Notes: a model not told the origin generated them from the letters alone. Shown: positions 12,223 through 25,399, counted from the first letter of the stretch. The stretch is DNA of 64,000 nt from Octopus sinensis (GCF_006345805.1 NC_042998.1:121582001-121646000); one strand, 5' to 3'. Numbers and translations: made by a program.

Positions 12223-12957
12223 CTACCGAAACAAAGAAATATCTTGTATGAAACAGAAACCTAAAATCAAATAGACATTAGGTAAGTTCATAAATTAAAA
12301 TACCTACTGAGAATATATTAATTAAATAGATGCACAAACATATGTTAAAAAGAAAACCGAGAAATAAATACGATGGAAGCAGCAAGTTTAGTCTAAATGT
12401 AAGCAATATGGGCTTCTAAGCAGTTAATGAAATTATTATTTTAGCAGAAGTCTGAGTTTTTAAACAAACTTCCAACAGCTGAAGAAATACTAAGTACAAT
12501 GTGATAATTTTTTGTGGGTACTAGACAAAGGCAAGGTAACTTTATTGGCTGATAAATAAGTAGATATTACTGGATAATAAATAACATACTGCTTACATGA
12601 TAAGTATTGACAAATATTGCTATATGATAGTGAATAACAGGTGGTAGATATGCATTAGGTGAGTGACTTTGTGTCTTCATTAAATGAAATCACTGTTTCT
12701 AGACAAGCCAATGAGTGAACTTGTATGTAATCACACACTCTGCAGAAATAGCCAAATCACACACTATTGCATTAAAAGAGAACACAAGGATACATGGGAA
12801 TTTAACTTAGGATATACACTATTCCTGGTTATGGTTTGTAAGCTTCAAATGTGTGTATGTGTTTGTACCTGTTAGATCTGGTTCTTGACACAAATAAAAT
12901 AGTGTATCTTACAACAGAAAGTAGTAGTGAGATACAATGGAAAAACTAAGAACATAC

Positions 12958-13101
12958 TTAAGAGCCAGTGGGAGTAATAATCCAGCTTCTAGATTGAGTT
13001 TTAGGTGAACGTTATCCAATGTACGAGTGCGGAATAATTCAGACGGAACTTCAGATGCCAATGTGCTGTCAAAAGATTCTTTCCTTGACCCATTTTGATT
13101 G
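12958..13101 (-). CDS. Sufu: Sufu exon 9: NQNGSRKESFDSTLASEVPSELFRTRTLDNVHLKLNLEAGLLLPLAL(K)
   Basis: Acceptor tttattttcag|C, donor AA|GTATGT; 144 nt. Confidence 0.96.
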
Positions 13102-14855
13102 CTGAAAATAAACAATAGGTTTTTGTTTGTTTATTTTTTTAAGTAATTTAAAACTGGTTCTGTATATGTATATAAGAATAAAACATTTTGGTAGTGTACA
13201 GAATGGAATGTTAGTAATAATAATAAGGTTAGTTAGAAGAAAAGAAGAAATTGCTCATTAATCTCTATATACACATGTAAAGAAAGTCTTCAAATTTTCC
13301 ATGGAAAATAATTTGTCTAGCAATTAGAATGCAGTAGAAGCACATATTTTCTCAAGCACTAGATAAATTTTTAAATATAATGACATAAATATTTTATTTC
13401 ATTTCATTTCCTAGGAAAATTTGAAGATTTACTGTACTTGTGCATAAATAAACTCAGGAATAATTTCTTAAACTAATGTTATTACTAACACAGACACACG
13501 TAATATAGCAGTTAGGGTATTCTGCTCATGATCGTAAGGTTATGAATTCAATTCCTGGCAGCATATTGTGTCCTTGAGCAAGACATCTTATTTCATGTTG
13601 CTCCAGTCCACTCAGCTGGCAAAAATGAGTAGTACCTGTATTTCAAAGAGCTGGCCTTGTCACATTCTCTGTTATAGAGTGCTCAAATAGAAAGTTCACA
13701 AACCATAGCCTGTTTGTATTAGAAAGTCCATCTTCTCAGGCAAGAAAAGCGAATGTCATGGAATGACATTGTTGCATATGATGAATGAAAAAATGGAAGT
13801 TAATATATTGTGGCAGCATATAATGGGACAGAGTTATGTAACGATTCTAGTTTTAAGGACATGAAACATTTGTGCTTGGTTTTTGAAAGAGAAAGAGATG
13901 TAGGTGTTTTGGTAAATTTCATAGTGGATATGTTTCTATAAACTCAATGTATGATAACACAGCTACCGTTATAATAGTAATAGGAAATTACAATGATAAA
14001 AATTTACCATAAATTATGTGTTGAATTTGTTTAGTCCCTAGACAACCCTGATTAAGTACACAAAGATCAATGACATTCCAGTAATGACAAACATTTTCAA
14101 ATTTTTTTTTATAGCGTATTTAGGAATACATTATCCAAAGAGCCCTAATCATTTTTAAGGTGGTATGGTGTGATATGTGGGCAATTTGGCTGCAGCTTGT
14201 GGCATGTCAAATGACCACATAAGGGCAGTCTCCTTGGTGTGTAAATTGTTATTAGTATATGTATTATCATGTTATAGTCTGTGAATGGTGGTAGTAGATA
14301 GGAATGGTAGTACAGTGGATTGAATCCTTTTCAGTATATAGTTCTATACCTCTATTTATTCTTTGAGTCCAATAAAATTAAGACCCAATGATACCAGTGG
14401 GATGGAGGTGAATAATTGATATAAGTATATGCCACTTCAATAAAATGCATAATGTTGTACTAATGTGAAAAATTATTATTGCATTTGTAGTTTTGTTATT
14501 TTGTAATATATTAAATATTATAGACTATTTGCAGTGTATATATATTCTGGTACCTGTAAAAAATTACAATGTAACTATTGATAATGAGTGTTTGATGAAA
14601 AAAAGGTGTGCTGACTGAAGCTCAACTATGACAGAAAGCTGTGAAAATTTGAGAAGTGATGGCAGCATGTATGATAAACGTATCCAGCCTATGCCATTGA
14701 AGCAACATGGACAGTAAAATAACATGAATATAATGATGATGACACTGAATAATAGAAATGTAAGGAATTGAAGATTTACATAAAGCAAAATAAGAAAAGT
14801 AATTAATGGTAAAACAGTCATACAAGAAAAATTTTTATAAAAAATAAATATTTAC

Positions 14856-14958
14856 TGTAAAACACCCTCGATATTTTCATTTTGTTCTGATAGTAATGAG
14901 GAGTTGACAAGGGAATTATGTAAACCTTTCTGCAAAACAGCTCGAATTTGTTCTGATT
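14856..14958 (-). CDS. Sufu: Sufu exon 8: SEQIRAVLQKGLHNSLVNSSLLSEQNENIEGVL(H)
   Basis: Acceptor ggcatttcag|AA; EQIR..L.KGL resembles vertebrate EQIRETLRRGL; the only phase-2 donor before the stop is CA|GTAAAT; 103 nt. Confidence 0.88.
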
Positions 14959-15402
14959 CTGAAATGCCAAAAGAAAATTTCTGGATAATAACTGTTTAGA
15001 TTGTAGAGTTCAATAATTTATGAGGTGTGTGTGTGTGTGTGTGCGTGCAAAGTATGCCTCAGTGTGTTGTTTCTTTTGACTAAGGCACAAGTATAGTTGT
15101 TACTGAACAGATGATATTGTTAATTTAATTGCTCCTAGTATATTAGATACTTATTTTGTCAATTTTACAAGTTATCCTAATAAAATTTTACGTCAAAGTG
15201 TTTAGAGTGAAATTAAATACTGAGGGGTATTTAGTTTGGCAGTCTGTTTCTATAAACTCAATGAAGCATTACAGTAATGCATATTCATATTATAAGTAAG
15301 TGAAGGAAAGAAACGTTATATGAAATATCTATGTCCATATGAGGGAGGTGAAATGAATACATACACATACATTACACGAAACTGAGAGAGAGACTGATAT
15401 AC

Positions 15403-15577
15403 CTATATCTGATATATGAGGTCTTTCAAGACTACAGCGCCTTTCTTCTTCAATAAGACGATTCTCTTTATTGTCTTCATTGCCATGATTGTTGGAAAGT
15501 ATTTCATCCCAGAAGCACCTACTGCTGACACCGCTAAGGTTAGAACCCTCTTGCTCAATACCACTGTCCACTCTCTC
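15403..15577 (-). CDS. Sufu: Sufu exon 7: ERVDSGIEQEGSNLSGVSSRCFWDEIL...ERPHISDI(E)
   Basis: Acceptor ctttgattttag|GAG, phase-1 donor G|GTATAT; 175 nt. Confidence 0.93.
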
Positions 15578-15782
15578 CTAAAATCAAAGAGGAAAAGCTT
15601 AATAATGGTAAAACTTACTATGACTTGCAGAGTTAGAGTATAGATAGTTGATGCTAACAGAATATGTAACGTGTAAACATTTTGAAACTGGAAAGAAAGG
15701 AAAATTACTTGCAGGAAAATACAATAAAGCTAGAACAGAAAAAGGCTTTATTCAGCAGAATTTGACGTTTATATCACACATG

Positions 15783-15792
<10 letters not shown>

Positions 15793-15838
<46 letters not shown>
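15793..15838. repeat. (TA)n microsatellite
   Basis: Direct observation; similar tracts at ~9036-9064, 26041-26090, 44381-44420. Confidence 0.95.
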
Positions 15839-15846
<8 letters not shown>

Positions 15847-16611
15847 TACACAGAGTGGGTGCTGTGGGCATATGAATTTGTTTTATAATCACATGTACTC
15901 TTTCTCTTTTTTTTTTTTTTGGGGATTGTAAGATACCACTGTGTAATACCTTACACAAATGCCTTCTATTAAAGCCTTGGGGAAACTGATACTTTGTGAG
16001 AGGAACTGGCAGATGAGAATTGATGGAATGGAATTGAAACAGAATCATGGAATTGGTTTGACATTAGATTACATATCAAATTTCACGTCACTGATGTAAT
16101 GCTCCTGTTTTTCACAAGAATGTTCAAAGTGTATGCAAAACAATCACATTTCAAAATTGTAACCTACTTATAATATCAGTTTCCACCAGCCAGAGTGAAA
16201 AAAGAATTACTGTGTGGCATTACAAAAACCAAACACACATTCACCTCTACACCCTTATGTCACTTGATTGCAACACAAACTTATATCAATAATTCTATTT
16301 GAATTTTTTGCTCTTTTCTGTTAGCAGACATCTCAAAATATTAAAATCTTTAGTTTTTAGTTTCTGACAGCTGTACTGTATAGAACACACTACAAAGGAA
16401 TGGTCAACTAAAAATGTTTATATACATGCTGTACTTAGTTACCATTGCTTAATTTTAATTTTTTTCCATTACATAATCTTTTCACAACTAGAGAATTTAA
16501 CCAAATTATAAAAAATTATGCCTAATAGAAGCAAATAGTATGCTCAAAATGTACCACAATCTTTTTCTCAACTTTTGACACTAAATCACTGTTTAACTCT
16601 TCTTAAATAAA

Positions 16612-17182
16612 AAATAATAATAATAATAATGAAATTATTGTATACAGTGCTCAGGTGCACCACAACTTGTCAGAAAGTGCATATAAAGTACATGCAGTAA
16701 TGTAGAAATGTCTGGAAAGTGAACAGTGTATGAGTCAGATACATGCTTGTGTGTGTATGGAGGGGAGAAAATCAAGTGTAGTGTTGGCGAATCTCAGGAA
16801 GCATGGAAGTTTTGAAGGATGCAGTGCTCCGACAACTAACAACCGATGCCGGCAGTTTGTTCCATGCTTCAGCAACTCTCAGCATGAAAAAATGTTTCCT
16901 GAAGTCATGGGAGCTGTGCTGTTTTCTTACTTTGTAAATATGTCCACGGGTGTTAGATGGGTGGAGTTTGAAGAGGTGCTCAGAGTTATTGTTTGTGCGA
17001 TGGTTGATAATTTTATGGGTGTCTGCCAAGTCAGCTGCCAGACGTCGGAGTTTCAATGTGTCCATGCCCAGGGAAGTAAGGCGTTCAGGATATGGCAAAT
17101 GCCTGATGGAGGGTATTCTTTTGGTTGCACGTCGCTGAACAGCTTCCAGACGATTGATGTCCTGGGCAAGATAGGGGTTCTT
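16612..17182 (-). mobile_element. CR1-clade LINE 3' end
   Basis: Open minus frame NPYLAQDINRLEAVQRRATKRIP...KLRRLAADL...TRGH..K...HFF..RVAEAWNKLP; (ATT)n tail. Confidence 0.9.
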
Positions 17183-17651
17183 ATATTTTCTCAACAGGCA
17201 TAGTTTTCATAACTATTATGCTAACATCCTTTTTACAAGTTCATCTCCATTCTCTAGATTGCTACCCAAAATAAATCAGTACATATTATAGAAAATATAA
17301 AATATCAACTTAGACAAGTTTGTTTTGTTCATTTATTTAACATCTCTGTTTTTTCATGTTAGCATGGGTTGGACAGAGACTTATTTAAGGCAGCATTTTA
17401 TGGTCAGATACCTTTTCTATTTCCAACTTTTATGTGGTTTTTAAGTAAGAGAAAGTTTTCTATTCACTGGTCTTTGAAAGCATAGAAGAACTTGTCGTAA
17501 TGACACCTTCCCAAAGTGATATATAGTGGGACTGAACCCAAAACCCTGTGGTTGAAAAGCCAACTTAATCATGCAGCATACACACAGCAAGTCTTAAAAT
17601 ATAATTGATGCATGATTAAAACATGTCTTTTTATAATCAATCAAAGCTTAC

Positions 17652-17724
17652 TTGTAATGAAGGATCCAACTCAAAGATGCTCTCTCCTCTTCTCATATCT
17701 GTTATTAACCAAGCTCCTCCAGCC
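17652..17724 (-). CDS. Sufu: Sufu exon 6: AGGAWLITDMRRGESIFELDPSLQ
   Basis: Acceptor ttctcttcacag|G, donor CAA|GTAAGC; 73 nt. Confidence 0.97.
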
Positions 17725-18333
17725 CTGTGAAGAGAAAAAATACATCATAGAAAAAGCTGTTATAAACGTAAAGTTGTAAGACTGTGGTTGTGGATCAGTA
17801 AGCAGGTAGGTATGTATACAATGTTTACATACATTTAGAAGGATATTTGTATAATGTTGGGAAAGGTATTATATCAAGTGCATGTTCTTTCTAATATTAA
17901 CCATATCACAGACATTTCAGATGGAACTATTTTCAACCAGGTAGATTGAAGCAGCAAGACTAATGAGTTCTACCTAAGAAAACAACACAAACACTATAAG
18001 CAGAGTATGTTATAAAGCTTAATAAGTGGTCAGTAGTCCACTACTTCAAGTTTATAGCCACTAAATTCAACATAAGAAAAATCATTTGTAAGGAATTCTA
18101 AGATCAGAAGAAAGAGAAAACCATGAACTAATTCTAAAATACATGTTTACCTCAAGTCACCAGGAATTCACTCAAATTATCCTGCAAACATTATAGCATA
18201 AATACAAAAGTTGAAAAACCATTGGTCTATAAATTTGAAACAAATATTTAGTTGGGCCTTTTGTCAATTTACAGAGTTATTTCCCTTGATAAATTTCGTA
18301 CTTGTGGTCAAAATTTTGTTCTTATATATTTAG

Positions 18334-18668
18334 AAGGCGCGTGGCTCAGTGGTTAGAGCGTCGAGCTTACGATCGTGAGGTTGTAAGCTCGAATCCCGGA
18401 TCGGGCTACGTGTTGTGTTCTTGAGCAAGACACTTTATTTCATGTTGCTCCAGTTCACTCAGCTGTAGAAATGAGTTGCGACGTCACAGGTGCCAAGCTG
18501 TATCGGCCCTTGCCTTTCCCTTGGACAACATCGGTGACGTGGAGAGGGGAGGCCGGTATGCATGGGCGACTGCTGGTCTTCCATGAAACAACCTTGCCCA
18601 GACTTGTGCCTCAGAGAGTAACTCTCTAGGTGCAAACCCATGGTCAGTGTCTGACCGAAGGGGGTCAC
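18334..18668 (+). mobile_element. tRNA-derived CORE-type SINE, near full length
   Basis: A box TGGCTCAGTGG, B-box-like GCTCGAATCC, then MIR-core-like tgtgttcttgagcaagacacttt...ctcagctgtagaaatgag; partial relatives near 13520-13670 and 36860-37140. Confidence 0.75.
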
Positions 18669-19002
18669 TATGTACTATGTCACTATATATTTAGACAATA
18701 ACAGAAATATAACATAAAAATTAAAGACAGTTAATCAGTTTAGGTTGAATTTTCTGAAGAATTTCTCGGGATTCAACTAAATATTTGAAACTATTAACGT
18801 ATAGTGAACTACTATGCTGTATGCAATAAAGAAACATTTTTGGCATTAACTAATATCGTTTATAATTATTTCGGTAAGCATGGGAGATAATTCTGGACAT
18901 ATTTCGAATTGTTATGACCTGGTAAATAAAAATAGACATCACAGTTTTGGGAGTTAAAGATTAGTGATTTAATGTAGCCAGAATGCTAAGCTGTAAACTT
19001 AC

Positions 19003-19088
19003 ACTGCAACAGAACGCAGCAACTCTATGACTCCAGGGCCATTCCAATGTTGGGCAGCTTTTAATTCTTCACTACAAACTCCTACAAT
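19003..19088 (-). CDS. Sufu: Sufu exon 5: IVGVCSEELKAAQHWNGPGVIELLRSVA(V)
   Basis: Acceptor attttcag|ATT, donor GT|GTAAGT; 86 nt. Confidence 0.97.
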
Positions 19089-19817
19089 CTGAAAATATAA
19101 GAGAGAAAAAATAAACATTAATATTGATTCCCTATATTTCACACATAATCCCAAATTCACAACAGTCTGTAAAGTCAATTGAACCACCCAGTCCACCAAC
19201 CTCTCAGATATAACTGGTATTTATCATATTTTATCAATTCTACATTCATAATGAATAAATTCAACAATACTAGCAGGATTTCAACTAGGAATGTTTAGTG
19301 AACACAAATATTCAAAAGTGTTTTAACTATTTCCCAATAAAAAAATTTGTTTTTGACTTGAAGGTAGATGAATAAATAAATAAAGGACTTGATCACAGTT
19401 CAATTGCTGATCTCAAAATTATGGCTTCAAACATGTGCCAGACTTCTGATTTATATTTAAAATACTAACTATTATGATTTCTAACATAGAGGGACAGTCA
19501 TTTTGAGAGAGGAACAGTTGATGTAAGTAACTTTGTACAGTTTGAACTCGGAATGCAAAGCATTCTACAGAGAAAAATCCATTTGTAACTGTAAATGGTT
19601 TGAACAGTCATTAATAGATAAACTAAAGATGAGAAGTGAGAGAGAAGTGAATAGACTGAATATGAAGAAACATAAAGGTGTAAAAAGCATGAAAAGTATC
19701 CTAAGTTAAGCAAGGCACTAATGTTTTAGATAAGGCAAAGAAAAAAATCCAGAGTAGCAATAGCTTACATGGTAAGAAGAGAATATATAAAAATGGGACA
19801 GAAATGGTGGACTTCAC

Positions 19818-19960
19818 CTGTATGAAACTAACAACACCAAATGGTGTTAAAATTGGTTGCAGTTGTACATCTTCTGTCATAAGCATATGCTGAACACGAG
19901 ATTCACTGCCATCCAATGGGGCATGCCAAGACACATGGTCACCACTACAAAGGATGTTTT
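19818..19960 (-). CDS. Sufu: Sufu exon 4: NILCSGDHVSWHAPLDGSESRVQHMLMTEDVQLQPILTPFGVVSFIQ
   Basis: Acceptor tttttcaacag|AA, donor CAG|GTGAAG; 143 nt. Confidence 0.97.
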
Positions 19961-20962
19961 CTGTTGAAAAAAAAATGTAATTATGTAATTAATGAATTGC
20001 AAAGATTGGTGCATATAAGAAGAGATAATTTATATCTGTACAGAAACAGTATAATTAACTAACTTGTATTATATTGTATATAAAACTGTATTTAATTGTA
20101 TTCTAATCCACTATATTGCACATTGCTATGTTACATTGTACAACACTATGATATACATCATCATACTGTATTGCATTATGCAGTATTATTTCATGATATA
20201 CCTCAGTATAGTACTATTTTGTAGTCTATTGCATTATAGTTATTATACTATGGCATATTGCATTACACTAAATTACAATCTTTTATACAATAATGCATTA
20301 TATATCACTGAAGAATACTAAATTGTACTGATAGAGCCTCTATATGATCACTCAATCTGCTAGTAACAGCAGCCAAATCTCCCTTTATTCACACTCCATT
20401 GTCTTAGAAAATGAAATGTGGGATAAGGTAGCTCTAAATTCCCTGCATGTAGGAAAAAGATGGAATGGTTATAGCTGGAACACCAGGGACTAGACAACAA
20501 CAATAATACCATACTGAACTATTTCACATATGACAATATTCGACTGGATTAAGGCAGTGAGTTGGCAGAAATGCTAGTATGGTGGGTGAAATGCTTGGTG
20601 GTATTTCGTCTGTCTTTATATTCTGAATTCAAATTCTGCCAAAGTAGAGTTTGCCTTTCACCCGGGACTTGTGCCTAGAGTAGAAAAGTATATTCTACTG
20701 GACTATATTGTACAGCTATACTATATTGCAGTGTACTATTCTATACTATCTTCTACATTATTACGCTACAGTAGAGCTGTAAAGAGGTAATGCCAAGAGA
20801 TTTGAATATTACCAGCCATTGACAATCTACATAATCTCAAGCATCTAAGACCATATGTCTCATAAGTCTGCTGTTTTCAAATATGAAACAGGTCTAACTG
20901 TTGCTGTAACAATATGATACCCAAAACAATGCCTTCACTTCAAACTATAGATAAGTAAATAC

Positions 20963-21102
20963 CTGATTGAAAGACATAACGTCCTAATGATTGCATTAAG
21001 GCAGCAGGCCATGTAGGGGGGTTCGTTTCACCTGGTTCTCGTCGTAGCCTAAATGTGAGCTCAAAACCAAATCCACTGGGACCATCATTATTGGTACTTC
21101 GC
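20963..21102 (-). CDS. Sufu: Sufu exon 3: RSTNNDGPSGFGFELTFRLRREPGETNPPTWPAALMQSLGRYVFQS(E)
   Basis: Acceptor tttcctttcag|G, donor G|GTATTT; 140 nt; missed by the ORF track. Confidence 0.97.
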
Positions 21103-21269
21103 CTGAAAGGAAATTAAAACAACAATAAACAACATCTGCATTCTGAAGCATGATGGTCCTATAAGCAGTACTCCAAAGAGGAAAGCCTTCACAATTGCTG
21201 CCTACTTGGCATCCAACTCAACACAAAAATTAAATCTCTCAAAATTTATTCATTTCCATACCACCAGGC

Positions 21270-22520
21270 TCACAACTATGCACATATATATACCAATCAC
21301 TTTAAACCAACAAAGCCTGTGGCCCTAACAATGTCAGCTCTATTAATTTCAAACAAATTTCCCCAGAGCTCGTTCCTATCCTCAACAAACTCTTCTCTCT
21401 CCTTGCAGGGGTATATCCTGATCTCTAGTAATAAGCTGGTGTAACCTTGTTAACTACTGTCCTATTTCACCCACTTCCAACAATTGTAAGTTAATGGAGA
21501 CATCCACTAACAACAACCTTACCTTTCACCACAAACCTTTTGCACTCTTTAATGACCACTAATATGGCTTACATAAAACCAGATCTATTGGAGACCTATT
21601 GTCCTGTGTTACTAACCAGTAGACTCATATTGTCAAGAAATATTTTGAGACATTGTTGTTGCCTCCAACATCAGTGTTTGGCTCACAAATCTGGTAAAAC
21701 TGCTTGCCTATAGCCTCCATTCATCTTTCATTTCTTGAATCAGTGGCTTCTTGTCAGATCATACCAATGCCCATGCATCGAATGAGTTGTCTCAATTAAC
21801 TCTGGTTTGTCTCAGAGTTAGGTTTTGCCCTCACACTCTTCTTCCTGTACACCAAAAACTTACTTGCCATCACCTCCAACAACCACTCCTACAGAAATTA
21901 TACCACCTTTTATTCATTCTTAACATCCCACATTCAAGTATCATCCATGTGTAACTTAGATATGCCAATCAGCTCTGACTATGAACAGGAACCTTGAAAA
22001 TATCTCACAAAAGGGTCATGCCAATCTTGGTTTCTTCAAATACAAAGGCACAACACTGCACATATCAAGGAAACATTGCACCCAACTTCAAAATATGAAC
22101 AACATGCAACAAGAATTTTCAAGTTGCTACAAATATTATGTCTCATCATCACTGAAGATCTCTCTTGGTAAATGCACATGTTCAAAACTGTATTTCAAAA
22201 ACTGACCTTCCTCTTCAGACCCCTAATACCTATTACCTTTCTACAAAGCTCAGTTAAGATCTACAATAGAGCAGTACTTCTGCATCTGGGAAAGTGCTAC
22301 TGTTATATATACTGTTACATATACTGATAGCATCCAAAGATAGGCCACTTGACTGCTTGGCATGAAGTACTAGACAACATACTCCAACCTTTGGCCCACA
22401 AATGTGCTATATTCTACCACTACTACAATAGCCTCTGCTCCATGGAGTTGGCTGATCTCATGCTACTTCCACTCAGGTACTCCTACTTCATTCGTCTCTC
22501 CTCCTCTTGCTATCCATATT
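21270..22520 (+). mobile_element. Old, decayed CR1/L2-type LINE (RT to 3' region)
   Basis: Degenerate peptides ELVPILNKLF, NYCPISPTS, HKTRSIGDLLS, LQPLAHKCAIFYHYY..CSMELAD. Confidence 0.65.
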
Positions 22521-22524
22521 GTAT

Positions 22525-24600
22525 ATGTGACATCCACATCAGCCACAACTATGATTTCACTTGGCTTGACGGATCTTCTCAAGCAAAAGTTTTGGTCACT
22601 GGTCATTACCTCTGTAAGGCTCAACATTCAAAGATCATGCTTCACTACCTCATCCCATGCCTTCCTGGGTCTACCTCTTCCACAGGTTCCCTCCACAGTT
22701 GGAGATTAGCACTTCTTTACACAGCTGTCCTCGTCCATATGTATCACATAACCATACTAGCATAGTTGTCTCTCTTGCAGACCACATGTACAGGTCTCAC
22801 CAACCACTAGTTTACGCATTGACTACCAGATAAGGGATTGGAAGACCCTGTCAAAAGCTTTCTCCAAGTCAACAAAAGCCAAGTACAGAGGTTTATTTTA
22901 GACTCCTTCAGCTGCCTTACCAGAACTATAGCATCTGTGGTGCTTCTCCCTGATACTGCATCTCATCTAGACTCTCTCCCTAATTAGTTGGGCTATGGCT
23001 CTCCCTGTGACTGTCATCACCTGATCCAACAATTTGATACCTCTGTAGTTACTTCTATCTAAGGCATCACGTTTACCTTTGTAGCTGTTGACTATGGTGC
23101 GACTACACCAGTCATTGGGTATGATTCCTTCAAGTACCACCTGATTAAATATACAGATGACTAGATCATAACCCACACTGCCAGATATTTTAAGCATCTC
23201 AGCAATTATTCCTGATGGGCTGGGGGCTTTCCCCAAGATATCCTTCATGGCTTTGTCTACAACATTACTGTCTCTTTGGATTGCTGGTCCTTCTGTTGGA
23301 TCAATATCAGGCAGACTCTCCTTCTCCAATGAGTTCTTTACATTCAGTAGCTTTTCATAGTGGCACTTCCAAGCCTCTTTCTTTGCAGAGTCACTAACTA
23401 CAAGTGAACCATCATCCATCTGAATACACTTCTCTCTCTCAACATCACAATTTTCCCTGGCACACTGTCTTGCAAACTGAAACACATCAAGTCACTGGTC
23501 CTCATGCTACAGAACATTAGTAAACTTCTTCCTTTTTGCTTCACCCCTGGCTAAGTATACCTGCTTCCTAGCTTCTCTTCTAGCTGCCTGGTACAGCTCC
23601 TTGCTACCCTGACACTTCTAGTCCTTCCAAGTCTGTTTCTTTGTTCTAATGGCACTGTCAACTACATTGTTCTATCACCATGTCACTCTAGGTCTGGTTG
23701 GAACTTTGCACCTCCCACAAATTTGTTTGTGGCTCTCAGTAAGTTATCTTGTAGAAACTTCCAGTTATCCTCTATACTGCAAGCTTGTAGCTTCTCCCAC
23801 TTCTCATCAAATGCTTCAGTTAGGAAGTCCCTAAACCTGACTATTCAAAGGATCTTTAGGCTTCCAGATCTTTCTTTTCTGGACTGGTTTGCTTCTTGGG
23901 TTCCTTTGTGCCTGTAGCTTAAAGTCACTAATGAGTAATCTTTGCTGAGGGGTACATTCTTCACTAGGGAAGGCCTTTGCATTTAAGAGCAACCATGAAG
24001 CCCTTTTTCTGGTGAGAATGTAGTAAATCTGGCTAGAATGGTCACTGGATTTATAGGTTATCAGGTGACTGGCTGGCTTTCTGAAGTTGGTGTTGCAGAT
24101 CATTAGGTCATTTGCATCACTGAACTCCAGCAACCTTGCTCCCTCCTCATTTTGGAAACCAATTCCATGGGGCCCATGCACTCCATGAAAGACACCTGGG
24201 TGCTGCCCAACATGTCCATTGAAATCACCAGCCACAAAGATAAGATCACTGTCATTTATCTTCAAAGTCGCCTGAAAAAGAGTGTCATAAAAACAGTCCT
24301 TTTTTTCATTTGAACAGCTGGGGAGGGGGTGGGCATAGGCAGAGATGAATGTTGCTATGCAATTCTGCAAAACTAGTCTAAGCTTAAGTATCCTATCACA
24401 TATTCTGACTACTTCAATCACCTTGTTTATCCATTTCTCAGCTAGAAGTATGCCAATACCTCCTACCCCATCACTGTTGCCCTCACAAAAGAATTTATAC
24501 CTATGCCTTTCACCAGTGAGGATCCTGGCTGAAGCTCCCTTCCACCAAACTTTTTGGATGCAGCATACATCAACATATCTCACAGAGAGTTAGTAGCTGT
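22525..24600 (-). mobile_element. RTE LINE with APE endonuclease and RT N-terminus, internally deleted
   Basis: ORFs 23831-24583 (DVCCIQ, GVGILL, AGDFNGHVG, NTNFRK) and 22967-23485 (SNYRGIKLLDQVM), then the VDLEKAFD region joined directly to the ORF 3' end. Confidence 0.92.
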
Positions 24601-24986
24601 TCAAGACTGAAATATTTTCTGGCCCTGAAGATGAATCTTTTGTGATACATTCAGTCATGGACATGTAAGAGAATGAGGACATTTCTTTAAGTTGCTTAGG
24701 CTTAACTCTTGCGTTCTGCATAATCTTCTTGCAAGAACTGCAAACCAATACTTTTCAGTTAAAGCCATAGAAACAAAAGCCCCCATTAATCTTTGTGGTA
24801 AAATACTAAAAATGGCAACAAACTATTAAAAAAATAAAATACACTGATCTACTCACTTATTATTATTATTATATTCAGAATACTGAAATTTTCCTAAACC
24901 CACCTGCTTATATTCTTGAGGAGAAATTAGAAGTAAAATGGAAAAAGAAAAAAAAAGTGGAGGGGTAATTTGATAATTTTACTTAC

Positions 24987-25121
24987 TCATGCACACGGCC
25001 ATCACCATGGAGATCAGATAATCCAAAACTAATGTAATGCCAATGGGGAGGGATGTTTCTGTTTGGATCACCAGAGTTGGCATACATACTGATATAGTCC
25101 AAAGGATCAGGTCCACCTAAC
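24987..25121 (-). CDS. Sufu: Sufu exon 2: LGGPDPLDYISMYANSGDPNRNIPPHWHYISFGLSDLHGDGRVH(E)
   Basis: Acceptor ttcttcttccag|G, donor GA|GTAAGT; 135 nt. Confidence 0.97.
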
Positions 25122-25399
25122 CTGGAAGAAGAAACATATAAAATTAATTGGTTAGTTGCCATTTCAAAACAAATAATGAAGAAAACAATTCCCACAAGAG
25201 CTTACAGATGAATGGAAAATAGAATTCAGCTGTTCTCACTCAGGTGAAGGATTATGAAATATTTTGTAAGTTGTTGGTCTAGTATTACAAGAGAACTTTA
25301 CCTGTTCAAGAGAAACTCTACAGGTGTGATTACATTGGGTTGCCAGCAACTGAACCTGACCAAAATGCAAAAAGCCATCCAATCACTTGTTCAATGTTT

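Noticed and set aside
16730-17203. 157-aa plus ORF
   Set aside because: Antisense shadow of the CR1 ORF2 end.
18334-18410. tRNA-like sequence with A and B boxes
   Set aside because: No full cloverleaf; it continues into a MIR-core-like domain, so it is a SINE head.
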